Positions 9,032 through 18,190 of a stretch of 64,000 bases of DNA are shown here, in pieces. The notes below the pieces were generated by a model. That model was not told where the DNA came from, ran no database searches, and worked only from the letters and a program-made list of their open reading frames with translations. Source of the DNA: a bacterium (lineage in GTDB: Bacteria; Lernaellota; Lernaellaia; JACKCT01); assembly GCA_963674685.2 (NCBI GenBank), contig CAXXWT010000005.1:711579-775578 (forward strand), in the 5' to 3' direction. The position numbers and the translations under genes are program-made. Numbering within the stretch: the stretch's first letter is position 1; every line of letters begins with the position of its first letter.

Positions 9032-10123
9032 TTAACTTTTATCCTCTTGCCCAAAAGCATCTTCACAGGATATGGGCAACTGCGCGGCGTCGAAGGTTTT
9101 GCTAAGGTGTTTGTCAATGAAATCCGCGTCGTTTGAAATCAGGCATTTGCCGTGGTAACCGGCAAAACAAGGAATGTTCAGGGCCTTTCGCCGGATTTCG
9201 TTCATGGACTCGCGCAGCACGTTCCCCAGAGATATATGCATGAACGGACACGGCAGCACGTCGCCGTAAGGCGTGATGTACAAATTCTTTTTCACGGCGC
9301 CGCAGCCGAATCGCCCGGCGTTGGCGTGCAGATCCGTGCGCACGTTCGGCGATCCATCGACTAATTCCATCAGATATTTCTGGTCGTCTTCATTCAGCAA
9401 CATATCCGACTTGCCCAGCCATCTTCCCGCAGGCGCCGGCATGAGCAGATATATCAGCACCCCGGTTTTTTCCGCCCATTTGAGCAAATCCGTCACACCG
9501 CGCGTGCGCAAAGACTGATGCGTCACGACGGTGTTGACTAAAACCCTGATCCCGGCGTCCAGGGCGCAGCCGACGCCCGTCATGGTTTTTGCGTGCGCGC
9601 CGTCGATTCCGCGAAATGCGTCGTGATCCTTCGCGTCGGCGCTGTCGATGCTGAAAGTCAGGATATCCACGCCGCGCGACTTGATCTCGAACGCTTTTTC
9701 CGGTGTGAGCAATGTGCCGTTTGTCGTGATGGAAATGATATTGCGGCTCGGGCTGCATGCGTTTATGACGTCGAAAAGCCCGTCATAACAAAAAGGCTCG
9801 CCGCCCTCGAAAGAAAAATTGATCGCGCCAAGCTCCATGCACTCCCCGGCCACGCGCCGGTAATCAGCCAAAGTCATCTTGGCCCGCGAGTCGTCGCGCA
9901 GAGCCTGCGCATAGCAATGCCGGCAATTGAGATTGCAATCGTAATCCAGACCGAAATCCACGTACCAAAGCGGCGGCTGATCGGTGAAACGATCCTTGGC
10001 AATCGCTCCCGCCAGGCGCGCGAGCATAAGCGGCTTTTTCGGAAAAAAAGCGTATTTGAGATCAAGCGAAATTTGTCGAAAATCCGTCATGTTCGATGCC
10101 CGAGCCGCCGGCTTTGCCGCCAT
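9032..10123 (-). CDS. Radical SAM protein with SPASM/twitch-like C-terminal extension
   Basis: 'DCNLNCRHCYA' is a CxxxCxxC cluster. 'FEGGEP' is a SAM-binding motif. The C-terminal 'GCGAVKKNLYITPYGDVLPCPF' resembles a SPASM/twitch motif. The start could instead be ATG 10090 (MTDFRQ). Confidence 0.75.
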   Translation of the reverse strand: MAAKPAARASNMTDFRQISLDLKYAFFPKKPLMLARLAGAIAKDRFTDQPPLWYVDFGLDYDCNLNCRHCYAQALRDDSRAKMTLADYRRVAGECMELGAINFSFEGGEPFCYDGLFDVINACSPSRNIISITTNGTLLTPEKAFEIKSRGVDILTFSIDSADAKDHDAFRGIDGAHAKTMTGVGCALDAGIRVLVNTVVTHQSLRTRGVTDLLKWAEKTGVLIYLLMPAPAGRWLGKSDMLLNEDDQKYLMELVDGSPNVRTDLHANAGRFGCGAVKKNLYITPYGDVLPCPFMHISLGNVLRESMNEIRRKALNIPCFAGYHGKCLISNDADFIDKHLSKTFDAAQLPISCEDAFGQEDKS

Positions 10124-10350
10124 GTGAATGGTCTAAAGAAAATCTTTCACAATCGATAAGAAAAGGCAAATAGTCGTTTTTGTCTCGGCGCTTTTGCGAA
10201 TACCTGGTATGGTGTCCGTCACCGCGGAAATCGAGGTATGGCAACATCACGGAAATTCGAAAAATGCGACGATTAACTGGCAATTCACAACAAAGGACGC
10301 AAGGATAAAACTGAGAAGGCTTTATCCAACATTACAGGTGTGACATGACA

Positions 10351-11592
10351 CTAGTCTAGCTGCTGATGCACAAATAAGACACTTAGGTCGCCTCTGAAAA
10401 CTGGCTGATTCGGGATGCATCCCGAATTGTGTCTATATTGTAAATAATATTCATGTTGTCCCTGATTAGCACCAACCAGGCCATTTAATCCAAATCCAAA
10501 CCGCATCTGAGTCGAACTTCCGGGAGCTGTATACACATTTGTGGCTCCGATAGCGGAATTTTGAATGCAAATAGAATTGAAAAGATCATTTATTCTTAAA
10601 TCGAAGGTACATGATGGATTGCTATTATTGAATTCAATAATAGCATTTCCCGTACCAACGACAAAGAAAAATCCATCTTCCGGGGCATCAACTGAGAAAG
10701 AACGAATAGTTTGCCAATCTTCTAATCCCTCCCATGAAACTAATTCTGATGTACAAATACTTTTTGTACCAACGATTCCAAATGGCCCCTGCGGTCCTTG
10801 CGGCCCTTCCGCGCCTGTCGCACCTTGCGGTCCTTCTGGTCCTATTGCGCCTTGTGAGCCTTCTGGACCTGCCGGGCCTTGCGGTCCCTCTGGCCCTGTA
10901 GCACCTTGTGAGCCTTCTGGACCTGCCGGGCCTTGCGGTCCCTCTGGCCCTGTAGCACCTTGTGAGCCTTCTGGACCTGCCGGGCCTTGCGGTCCCTCTG
11001 GCCCTGTCGCACCTTGCGGTCCTTCTGGTCCTATTGCGCCTTGTGAGCCTTCTGGACCTGCCGGGCCTTGCGGTCCCTCTGGCCCTGTAGCACCTTGCGG
11101 TCCCTCTGGCCCTGTCTCGCCTTGCAGTAGATGTGCTTCATCATTAGCCGTAAGGCCGTACTGATTTTCCACCACGATCCTAATGTCTTCATATCCAGCA
11201 TCGAACCACTGTTCGATGTCCCAGCCATCAGAAACTAGTAATGCCTCAATTTGAGAGTCAGTACTATTGGAAGCAATCACAGGAAGTTCTCTTTCGATTT
11301 CAGGATGATTCAACGGATAAACGAAAACTCGGCTGTTGGTCAGATTCTGGCCCAAGATCAGAATCCCGTTTGCGACAAGGTCAGGCTGTGCGATCGAATT
11401 GCCTTTGACCGTTTGAATTATGGGGGCTTGGCCGCTCGTGTCGTCATCAATCCCAACATCATCATCCATGACGTAATCATCATCAATTGCTTCATCATCT
11501 TCATCATTTCCGCCACTGCTCTCGTAGCATCCAAAAGCTACAAAAATTGAAAACACAGTGGTCATCAAAATAACACCTAATAAAGCACGCAT
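10351..11592 (-). CDS. Collagen-like triple-helix-repeat lipoprotein with Asp-rich tether and globular C-terminal domain
   Basis: ATG at 11592 is preceded by [28 protein letters not shown] is a signal peptide with lipobox. A D-rich linker follows, then about 37 uninterrupted G-X-Y triplets ([28 protein letters not shown]...). The roughly 140-aa beta-rich C-terminal domain is possibly C1q/BclA-like, but that is a guess. Confidence 0.85.
   Translation of the reverse strand: MRALLGVILMTTVFSIFVAFGCYESSGGNDEDDEAIDDDYVMDDDVGIDDDTSGQAPIIQTVKGNSIAQPDLVANGILILGQNLTNSRVFVYPLNHPEIERELPVIASNSTDSQIEALLVSDGWDIEQWFDAGYEDIRIVVENQYGLTANDEAHLLQGETGPEGPQGATGPEGPQGPAGPEGSQGAIGPEGPQGATGPEGPQGPAGPEGSQGATGPEGPQGPAGPEGSQGATGPEGPQGPAGPEGSQGAIGPEGPQGATGAEGPQGPQGPFGIVGTKSICTSELVSWEGLEDWQTIRSFSVDAPEDGFFFVVGTGNAIIEFNNSNPSCTFDLRINDLFNSICIQNSAIGATNVYTAPGSSTQMRFGFGLNGLVGANQGQHEYYLQYRHNSGCIPNQPVFRGDLSVLFVHQQLD
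10783..11125 (-). repeat. Tandem DNA repeat encoding the G-X-Y region (54-bp unit nested in a 189-bp repeat)
   Basis: The unit ccttgtgagccttctggacctgccgggccttgcggtccctctggccctgtagca recurs back to back from about 10850. caccttgcgg at 10821 recurs at 11010 (189 nt apart). Confidence 0.85.
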
Positions 11593-11968
11593 TTTAACCT
11601 CCTTGAGAACTTCTTTATTCATTGCGAACGTTTGAACTCAACCTACTATTCTCATTTGGCACGCAAACAGAAAATTGGAAATTTATGTGCCTATTATTAA
11701 ATTATATTTGTATTGTATTTCCAGCCGAAGCATTTTGTCAACAACATTCTCTTGAATTTGCAAATTACTTAAAATCCTGTAAAACTTCCCGAGGAATTCG
11801 GGAAAGTGCTTTCATACAATATAATAATTTGTCATAATAGTGGGACATTTCTGGTGTTTCAGGTGAAATTCGTCCAACGACTTCGCCGAGGCCATTGACC
11901 TTTTGCGCGTGATGCTGTCCAATAATCTCAACTTTTCCTGTTTCAACTTCAAAAAAGCGGAGTGACTT

Positions 11969-13315
11969 TTGGACCTGATTCTATCGTTTTTAGGCAAAGT
12001 CAGCGGCTTCATCTGGGGGCCGTATTTTCTGATTCCCATGCTGGTCGCCACCGGCGTATTCATCACGATCCGCCTGCGTTTGATTCAATTGCGGGGCCTG
12101 ATTCACGGTTTCCAACTCATCAGCGGAAAGTACGACAAGGATATGGACCCGGGCGAAATCACGCATTTCCAGGCCCTTTCCGCCGCCCTGTCGGCCACCA
12201 TCGGCACGGGCAATATCGCCGGCGTGGCCACGGCGATAGCATCCGGCGGTCCGGGCGCCGTGTTCTGGATGTGGGTCACCGCGGTGCTGGGCATGTCTTT
12301 GAAATTTTCCAGTTGCACACTGGCTGTTTTGTATCGAAAGGAAAACGAAGACGGCACCATCAGCGGCGGCCCGATGCACTACATCACCATCGGGATGAAA
12401 CAGAAATGGCTGGGCTGGCTTTTCGCCCTGTTCGCCATGATCGCCAGCTTCGGCATCGGGAACATGGTCCAGGCCAACTCCGTGGCGGCGCCTTTGGCCG
12501 ACAACTATCACATCCCGAAATTGTTGACCGGACTCGTTCTGGCGGTTTTGACCGGACTCGTCATTATCGGCGGCATCAAACGCATCGCGAACGTGGCCTC
12601 GAAAATCGTTCCCTTCATGTCTCTGGTATACGTCGCGGGCGCGGTTTTGATCCTCATATTGCTCTGGGACAGAATCCCCGGCGCTTTCGCCGAAATATTC
12701 TCCGGCGCTTTTTCCGGGCGCAGCGCGGCGGGAGGCGTAGCCGGTTACACGGTCATGCAGGCCATGCGTTTCGGAATCGCGCGGGGCGTGTTTTCCAACG
12801 AATCGGGCCTGGGCAGCGCGCCCATCGCGCACGCCGCGGCGCGCACCAAGGAACCGGTCCGCGAAGGTCTGGTCGCCATGCTGGGTCCTTTGATCGACAC
12901 GCTGATCATCTGCTCGATGACCGCCCTTGTCATCCTCGTCACCGGCGAGTGGAAAAGCGGTCTGACCGGCGCAACGCTCAGCAGCCAGGCTTTCGACAGC
13001 GCGCTGCCCATAGTCGGACAGGCCGTCGTGTCCTTCGGGTTGGTCTTTTTCGCATTTTCCACGCTGATCAGCTGGTCCTATTACGGCGACCGGAGCACCG
13101 AGTTCATCTTTGGCCCGAGAGCCGTGATGCCTTATCGCATCTTTTACACGCTGCTCATCCCTTTGGGGGCGGCGTTCAAGCTGGAACTGGTGTGGACTTT
13201 TTCCGACATCACCAACGCACTGATGGCGCTGCCGAATCTCATTGCCCTCATCGCGCTTTCCGGGGTTGTCGCCATGGCGACGAAGGACTATTTCAAAAGG
13301 CAGTTCGGAAATTAA
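11969..13315 (+). CDS. Alanine/glycine:cation symporter (AGCS family)
   Basis: Multi-TM protein with 'GTGNIAGVATAIASGGPGAVFWMWVTAVLGM' and 'FSNESGLGSAPIAHAAA', both typical of sodium:alanine symporters. TTG start. Confidence 0.8.
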   Translation: MDLILSFLGKVSGFIWGPYFLIPMLVATGVFITIRLRLIQLRGLIHGFQLISGKYDKDMDPGEITHFQALSAALSATIGTGNIAGVATAIASGGPGAVFWMWVTAVLGMSLKFSSCTLAVLYRKENEDGTISGGPMHYITIGMKQKWLGWLFALFAMIASFGIGNMVQANSVAAPLADNYHIPKLLTGLVLAVLTGLVIIGGIKRIANVASKIVPFMSLVYVAGAVLILILLWDRIPGAFAEIFSGAFSGRSAAGGVAGYTVMQAMRFGIARGVFSNESGLGSAPIAHAAARTKEPVREGLVAMLGPLIDTLIICSMTALVILVTGEWKSGLTGATLSSQAFDSALPIVGQAVVSFGLVFFAFSTLISWSYYGDRSTEFIFGPRAVMPYRIFYTLLIPLGAAFKLELVWTFSDITNALMALPNLIALIALSGVVAMATKDYFKRQFGN

Positions 13316-13582
13316 AATATCTCATAATATTCAAGACTTACACCAACCATCCTTTCCATACGTTACAATCTCGTTACGTTAAAATGCTTTACAGGCATTA
13401 AGCGATATGTTAATTGCCAGACGCTAACTTTTTGTGATTTTCATGACTTTTTCGGGGCAATCAGACTATCGGTTCGGACTAAGCGGACCGGAGTGTGTTC
13501 GTGCATTTTTTTGCATAAACACACAAATATGTGTGCCAGATTTGAACGAAATTGAACGATAAATTTGAAAGGTTGGTTTGCA

Positions 13583-16084
13583 ATGAAGGCCTGGAAGCTG
13601 ATGGCGGTGGTTTTTTCAATTTTCTCGGCAACAGGAGCCTTGGCTGCGCCGGGAGACTGGATTGATCTCGGGGCGATAAGCGGCGCGGATACAATTTACG
13701 AACTTTATGAGGCGTCCAACGGAACCATTTACGTCGGAACCAATGACAACATGGCGTCCGTTAAAAAATCGACGAACGGCGGAGTCAGTTGGTCCAGTAC
13801 AAGCGATCTCTGGCTTGGTACGACGCGGGTTTATTCCATTACAGAGGACTCCGACGGAGTCATTTACGCCGCCTCACAATATTATCCCGGGATTATGCGG
13901 CATGGTTACGTCTATCGGAGCAGCAACGGCGGTTCATCCTGGACCCTGACCTTCAACCCGGATTCCGAATATACATACGATCTCATCTGCGCGCACAACG
14001 ACTATCTCATCGGAGGAACGCAGTATTATACGAGCTTCGAAAACAATGCCCGGGCCATAAGATCAACGGACGGAGCCGATTCATGGGGAACAGCCCGATT
14101 GGGTACGAATGACGGCGTCCGGGTGGTCTTTGAATCCTCCGACAATTATCTTTTCGCCGGCACCGACACCAATGGCGAGTTATGGCGAAGCACGGACAAT
14201 GCCTCGAACTGGTCGCTGATTTTCGAGCCGCCGGGAACCACTATTATTTTGTCGATTGGCGAGGATACAAACGGAAACATATATATCGGAGCGTACCCCA
14301 ACGGAGATATTTTCAAATCCACCGACGGCGGTGCAAACTGGAATTACACGGCTGATGTCGCCGGCGTGAGTTCAATCAGAACTATACTCGGTACATCTGA
14401 TGGAAGCATATATTTCGGACACGTCGGCGATACGGAAATTTACCGCAGCACCGACGGCGGCGATTCCTGGACGGCCGAGGCGCAGTTTTCCAGTACAACA
14501 CATATCAACTCATTGATCGAAAGTTCCGACGGATACATATACGCCGGCGCTGGAAACGACGGCCATGTGTACAAACGCCCCGTCTGCCCCGGAGGCTGCC
14601 TTGCCGACGGCCAATGCTTCGCCAACGGAGAAACGAACCCCGACAATGTCTGCCAGATTTGCGATATTGCTCAATCCGTCGGCGGATGGTCGGACAACGA
14701 CGGTGAAACATGCGACGACGGGCTTTACTGCACCGGGATCGACGAATGCGACGGAGGCACTTGTTCGGCGCATTCCAACGCGCCCTGCCCTGACGACAAC
14801 GTCTGGTGCAACGGCGACGAAACATGCGACGAAGGCACGCACGCCTGCGGCCATTCAGGAACGCCATGTCCCAGCGACGGTGTTTACTGCAACGGCCAGG
14901 AAAGCTGCGACGAGCAAAATGAGCAGTGCGTTCACATCAACGAGCCATGCCCCGACGACGGGCTTTGGTGCAACGGCGACGAAACCTGCGATGAAGGCAA
15001 CTTCCAATGCGGACACACCGGCGACCGTTGCACCGACGACGGGACCTGGTGCAACGGCGCGGAAAGCTGCGATGAAACCGGCGATCAGTGCCTGCATATC
15101 AACGAGCCGTGTCCCGACGACGGGCTTTGGTGCAACGGCATCGAGTCCTGCAATGAAGGTGCGCAAAGTTGCGAAACCACGGGCGATCCCTGCCCTGAGG
15201 ACAACACCTTCTGCAACGGTGAAAACGGCTGCAACGAAGACAACGATGCGTGTGAGCCGGTCAACGTGCCGTGCGGCGACGACGGACTGTGGTGCAACGG
15301 CGTGGAATCCTGCAATGAAATCGACGACCAATGCCTGCACTCAGGCGATCCGTGCCTGCAGGATGATTTCTGGTGCAACGGCGACGAGTATTGCGACGAG
15401 GACGCCGACGAATGCGCGCACGAAGGCAATCCCTGTGACGACGGCGAATTCTGCAACGGCGAAGAAGTTTGCACGGAACCCACGCAGTCCTGCAGCGAGG
15501 GAGCGCCGCCCTGCGTCGACGACGGCCTTTACTGCAATGGCGACGAATCCTGCGACGAAGTGGGCGACGAATGCACCCACGAGGGCAATCCCTGTGACGA
15601 CGGCGTTTTCTGCAACGGCGCGGAAGAATGCGTGGAAGACGGCGACGACTGCGAGCACGGCGAAGATCCATGCCCCGACGACGGCCTCTGGTGCACCGGG
15701 GAAGAATCCTGCAACGAGCAGGAGGAAGAATGCGAGACCACGGGCAATCCCTGCGACGACGGCGAATTCTGCAACGGCGAAGAGACCTGCGATGAAGATA
15801 ACCAGAGCTGCGACGAAGGTGAAGATCCCTGCCCCGACGACGGCTTATATTGCACCGGCGAAGAAAGCTGCGACGAGCAGACCGACGAATGTATGCAATC
15901 GGGCGATCCTTGCGAGTTGAACGAGACCTGCAACGAGCAGGAGGATCAATGCATCGATCTCTTGAGCGACGATGATACGACCTCGGATGATGACTATACA
16001 TCGGACGACGATACGGACGACGAGGAAAGTTCCGGGCGAAGCGGCAGCGACAGCGATGATACCGGCGGCGGCTGCGGATGCTGA
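13583..16084 (+). CDS. Secreted Asp-box (BNR/sortilin-like) beta-propeller head, CNG-type Cys-repeat stalk, acidic tail, C-terminal GCGC
   Basis: Signal peptide MKAWKLMAVVFSIFSATGALA. Six S-x-D-x-G-x-x-W boxes (STNGGVSWS, SSNGGSSWT, STDGADSWG, STDNASNWS, STDGGANWN, STDGGDSWT). Neck 'NPDNVCQIC...WSDNDGETCDDGLYCTG'. About 17 repeats of C.DDG.WCNG.E.C. Ends ...DSDDTGGGCGC*. Confidence 0.85.
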   Translation: MKAWKLMAVVFSIFSATGALAAPGDWIDLGAISGADTIYELYEASNGTIYVGTNDNMASVKKSTNGGVSWSSTSDLWLGTTRVYSITEDSDGVIYAASQYYPGIMRHGYVYRSSNGGSSWTLTFNPDSEYTYDLICAHNDYLIGGTQYYTSFENNARAIRSTDGADSWGTARLGTNDGVRVVFESSDNYLFAGTDTNGELWRSTDNASNWSLIFEPPGTTIILSIGEDTNGNIYIGAYPNGDIFKSTDGGANWNYTADVAGVSSIRTILGTSDGSIYFGHVGDTEIYRSTDGGDSWTAEAQFSSTTHINSLIESSDGYIYAGAGNDGHVYKRPVCPGGCLADGQCFANGETNPDNVCQICDIAQSVGGWSDNDGETCDDGLYCTGIDECDGGTCSAHSNAPCPDDNVWCNGDETCDEGTHACGHSGTPCPSDGVYCNGQESCDEQNEQCVHINEPCPDDGLWCNGDETCDEGNFQCGHTGDRCTDDGTWCNGAESCDETGDQCLHINEPCPDDGLWCNGIESCNEGAQSCETTGDPCPEDNTFCNGENGCNEDNDACEPVNVPCGDDGLWCNGVESCNEIDDQCLHSGDPCLQDDFWCNGDEYCDEDADECAHEGNPCDDGEFCNGEEVCTEPTQSCSEGAPPCVDDGLYCNGDESCDEVGDECTHEGNPCDDGVFCNGAEECVEDGDDCEHGEDPCPDDGLWCTGEESCNEQEEECETTGNPCDDGEFCNGEETCDEDNQSCDEGEDPCPDDGLYCTGEESCDEQTDECMQSGDPCELNETCNEQEDQCIDLLSDDDTTSDDDYTSDDDTDDEESSGRSGSDSDDTGGGCGC

Positions 16085-16122
16085 AATGACAATGTGATTT
16101 GAATCATTTCCTGGGAGAAAAA

Positions 16123-18156
16123 ATGCGACGAATTAGCCTGCTATTGACCTTCATTTTCCTTGCGGCGATTCCTTTCGGCGCCTTCGCACAAACATGGACA
16201 CTGCGCGGCAGCGCTCCATTGTCCACCGGTTTATCGGGAATGGCGATCGGCGGCGACGGAACCCTATACTTCGCTTGCATGGGTAACGGCTTCTATAAAT
16301 CGATCAACCGAGGGCAGACTTGGACCCAGGTCAGCGATCGATATGTAAGAGGTCTCGCCATTGATTCCACCGGAACTCTCTGGGGAATCGACAATGGCTC
16401 CACCCGACTGGTTTACAGCGAAGACGGCGGTGAAACCTGGAATACGACAAACTACTTCCCCAATTACCCGAATAATATAGCTTATGCAGTAATGGTTTCG
16501 AGCGACGATAAGATTTGGGCCGCCGGATACGATAAAGACTCGGACCCAAATTACTTGCGGGTCTACCGAAGCCCCGACGGAGGCAATACTTGGGTAACAC
16601 AGGATACGTTTCCCTATAGCACTACTATTGGGCAATTTCTGTTTGAAACCGATAGTAACACGCTTCTGCTTTGCACGAACCCAAATTACACCTATTACGG
16701 AAGGGTCTTCCGATCAACGAATCAGGGAATCAATTGGTCCCAGACCTTTTATTTCAGTGGCGATAATGGCAGTAATCCGATAACCTTGGCTCAGGACAAT
16801 ACGGGCGCCGTATTTCTGGCTCAACGCTACGATATCTGGAAAAGCGTCGACGACGGCGCGTCTTGGTTTAACCTGCCCAATACACCCGAAGGCGTCTACG
16901 TTTACTACGACATAGAAACGGATTTGGACGGTAATCTGTATGTGCCGGGGTATTCCACCGGTCAATATGTTATATACCGAACAACCGATTCCGGCGCCAC
17001 ATGGGAAACTCCCGCCGCTTTGGAAAACGCGGGGACTATATATTATATTGAAACAGGACCTGACGGCTCTGTTTTCGCCGTAGCTTACGGTGCACACCCC
17101 AGTTATTATTATAAAACTTATGAATTCTGCGACGGCTGCTACATCGGCGGCGTGTGCTACGCGGCGACCGAAATAAATCCTTCCAATCCCTGCGAATTTT
17201 GCGATCCGGCATACTCCAAGACCAACTGGAATAACCGCGACGGCCTGGCCTGTGACGACGGCCAATATTGCAACGGCGACGACACCTGCGTGGCCAGCGC
17301 CTGCACAACCCACGCGGGCAATCCCTGCGCAGACGACGGCTTGTGGTGCAACGGTCAACAGATCTGCGACGAAGGCTCGGACCAATGTTTCAACATTAAC
17401 ATCCCCGACTGTCCCGACGACGGTCTGTGGTGCAACGGGGACGAAGTGTGCGACGAGGTAGCCGACCAGTGTGGCCACACCGGAACGCCCTGCCCCGACG
17501 ACGCCGTGTACTGCAACGGGGACGAGGGATGTGACGATGCAACCGACGAATGCACGCATACCGGCGATCCCTGCCAACAAGACGGCGTTTTCTGCAACGG
17601 TGTCGAGGTCTGCGACGCAGAAGAGGATCAATGCATTTCCCCGGGCGATCCCTGCACCGACGACGGCCTGTATTGCAACGGCAATGATTGGTGCGACGAG
17701 GATTTCGACGAATGCATGCACGAGTACGATGAATCGAATCCTCTGTGCCCGGATGACGGTATTTATTGCAACGGCGACGAAATTTGCGACGAGCAAGGCG
17801 ATCAATGCGGTTCGTCGGGTGACCCTTGCGAAGATGACGGCGAGTTTTGCAATGGAGATGAGGTCTGCGACGAAGAAGCCGCCGAATGCATTAATTCGGG
17901 CGATCCGTGCGAGGAAGATGAAACCTGCAACGAAGATATCGACGAATGTTTGACCGCGGACGATGACACGGCGGACGATGACACAGTGGACGACGATACC
18001 TCCGACGATGATACTGCCGATGACGACACGGTCGATGACGACACAGCCGACGATGACGCCGATGATGACGATGTTGACGCTGATGACGATACTGAAGACG
18101 AACATGCTGACGGAGACGACGATGATGATTCCACCGGCAGCGGATGCGGGTGCTGA
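16123..18156 (+). CDS. Secreted Asp-box beta-propeller head, CNG-type Cys-repeat stalk, DDDTx-repeat acidic tail, C-terminal GCGC
   Basis: Signal peptide MRRISLLLTFIFLAAIPFGAFA. Asp-boxes SINRGQTWT, SEDGGETWN, SPDGGNTWV, STNQGINWS, SVDDGASWF, TTDSGATWE. Neck 'NPSNPCEFC...WNNRDGLACDDGQYCNG'. The tail ADDDTADDDTVDDDTSDDDT... ends STGSGCGC*. Confidence 0.85.
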   Translation: MRRISLLLTFIFLAAIPFGAFAQTWTLRGSAPLSTGLSGMAIGGDGTLYFACMGNGFYKSINRGQTWTQVSDRYVRGLAIDSTGTLWGIDNGSTRLVYSEDGGETWNTTNYFPNYPNNIAYAVMVSSDDKIWAAGYDKDSDPNYLRVYRSPDGGNTWVTQDTFPYSTTIGQFLFETDSNTLLLCTNPNYTYYGRVFRSTNQGINWSQTFYFSGDNGSNPITLAQDNTGAVFLAQRYDIWKSVDDGASWFNLPNTPEGVYVYYDIETDLDGNLYVPGYSTGQYVIYRTTDSGATWETPAALENAGTIYYIETGPDGSVFAVAYGAHPSYYYKTYEFCDGCYIGGVCYAATEINPSNPCEFCDPAYSKTNWNNRDGLACDDGQYCNGDDTCVASACTTHAGNPCADDGLWCNGQQICDEGSDQCFNINIPDCPDDGLWCNGDEVCDEVADQCGHTGTPCPDDAVYCNGDEGCDDATDECTHTGDPCQQDGVFCNGVEVCDAEEDQCISPGDPCTDDGLYCNGNDWCDEDFDECMHEYDESNPLCPDDGIYCNGDEICDEQGDQCGSSGDPCEDDGEFCNGDEVCDEEAAECINSGDPCEEDETCNEDIDECLTADDDTADDDTVDDDTSDDDTADDDTVDDDTADDDADDDDVDADDDTEDEHADGDDDDDSTGSGCGC

Positions 18157-18190
18157 AAATTTTATGAATTGAAAAACAAGAGGTTGTGAG

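Noticed and set aside
11760-12066. 84-aa minus-strand ORF, and an alternative frame reading ...EVETGKVEIIGQHHAQKVNGLGEVVGRISPETPEMSHYYDKLL...
   Set aside because: The listed ORF overlaps the symporter start and looks non-coding. The protein-like alternative frame has no usable start codon before an internal Met. At most it is a gene remnant inside the low-GC island.
11962-13401. 479-aa ORF in another frame of the symporter gene
   Set aside because: The translation is Arg/His/Gly-rich. The overlapping frame (11969-13315) is a typical polytopic AGCS transporter.
16079-16084. Possibility that the TGA directly following the terminal Cys codon (TGC-TGA in five paralogs) is recoded (selenocysteine or read-through) to extend the protein
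   Set aside because: In-frame continuation hits another stop within a few codons in each case. No conserved stem-loop follows the TGA. One paralog ends with TAG. TGA is used as a normal stop in overlapping ATGA/TGATG junctions elsewhere in the window.
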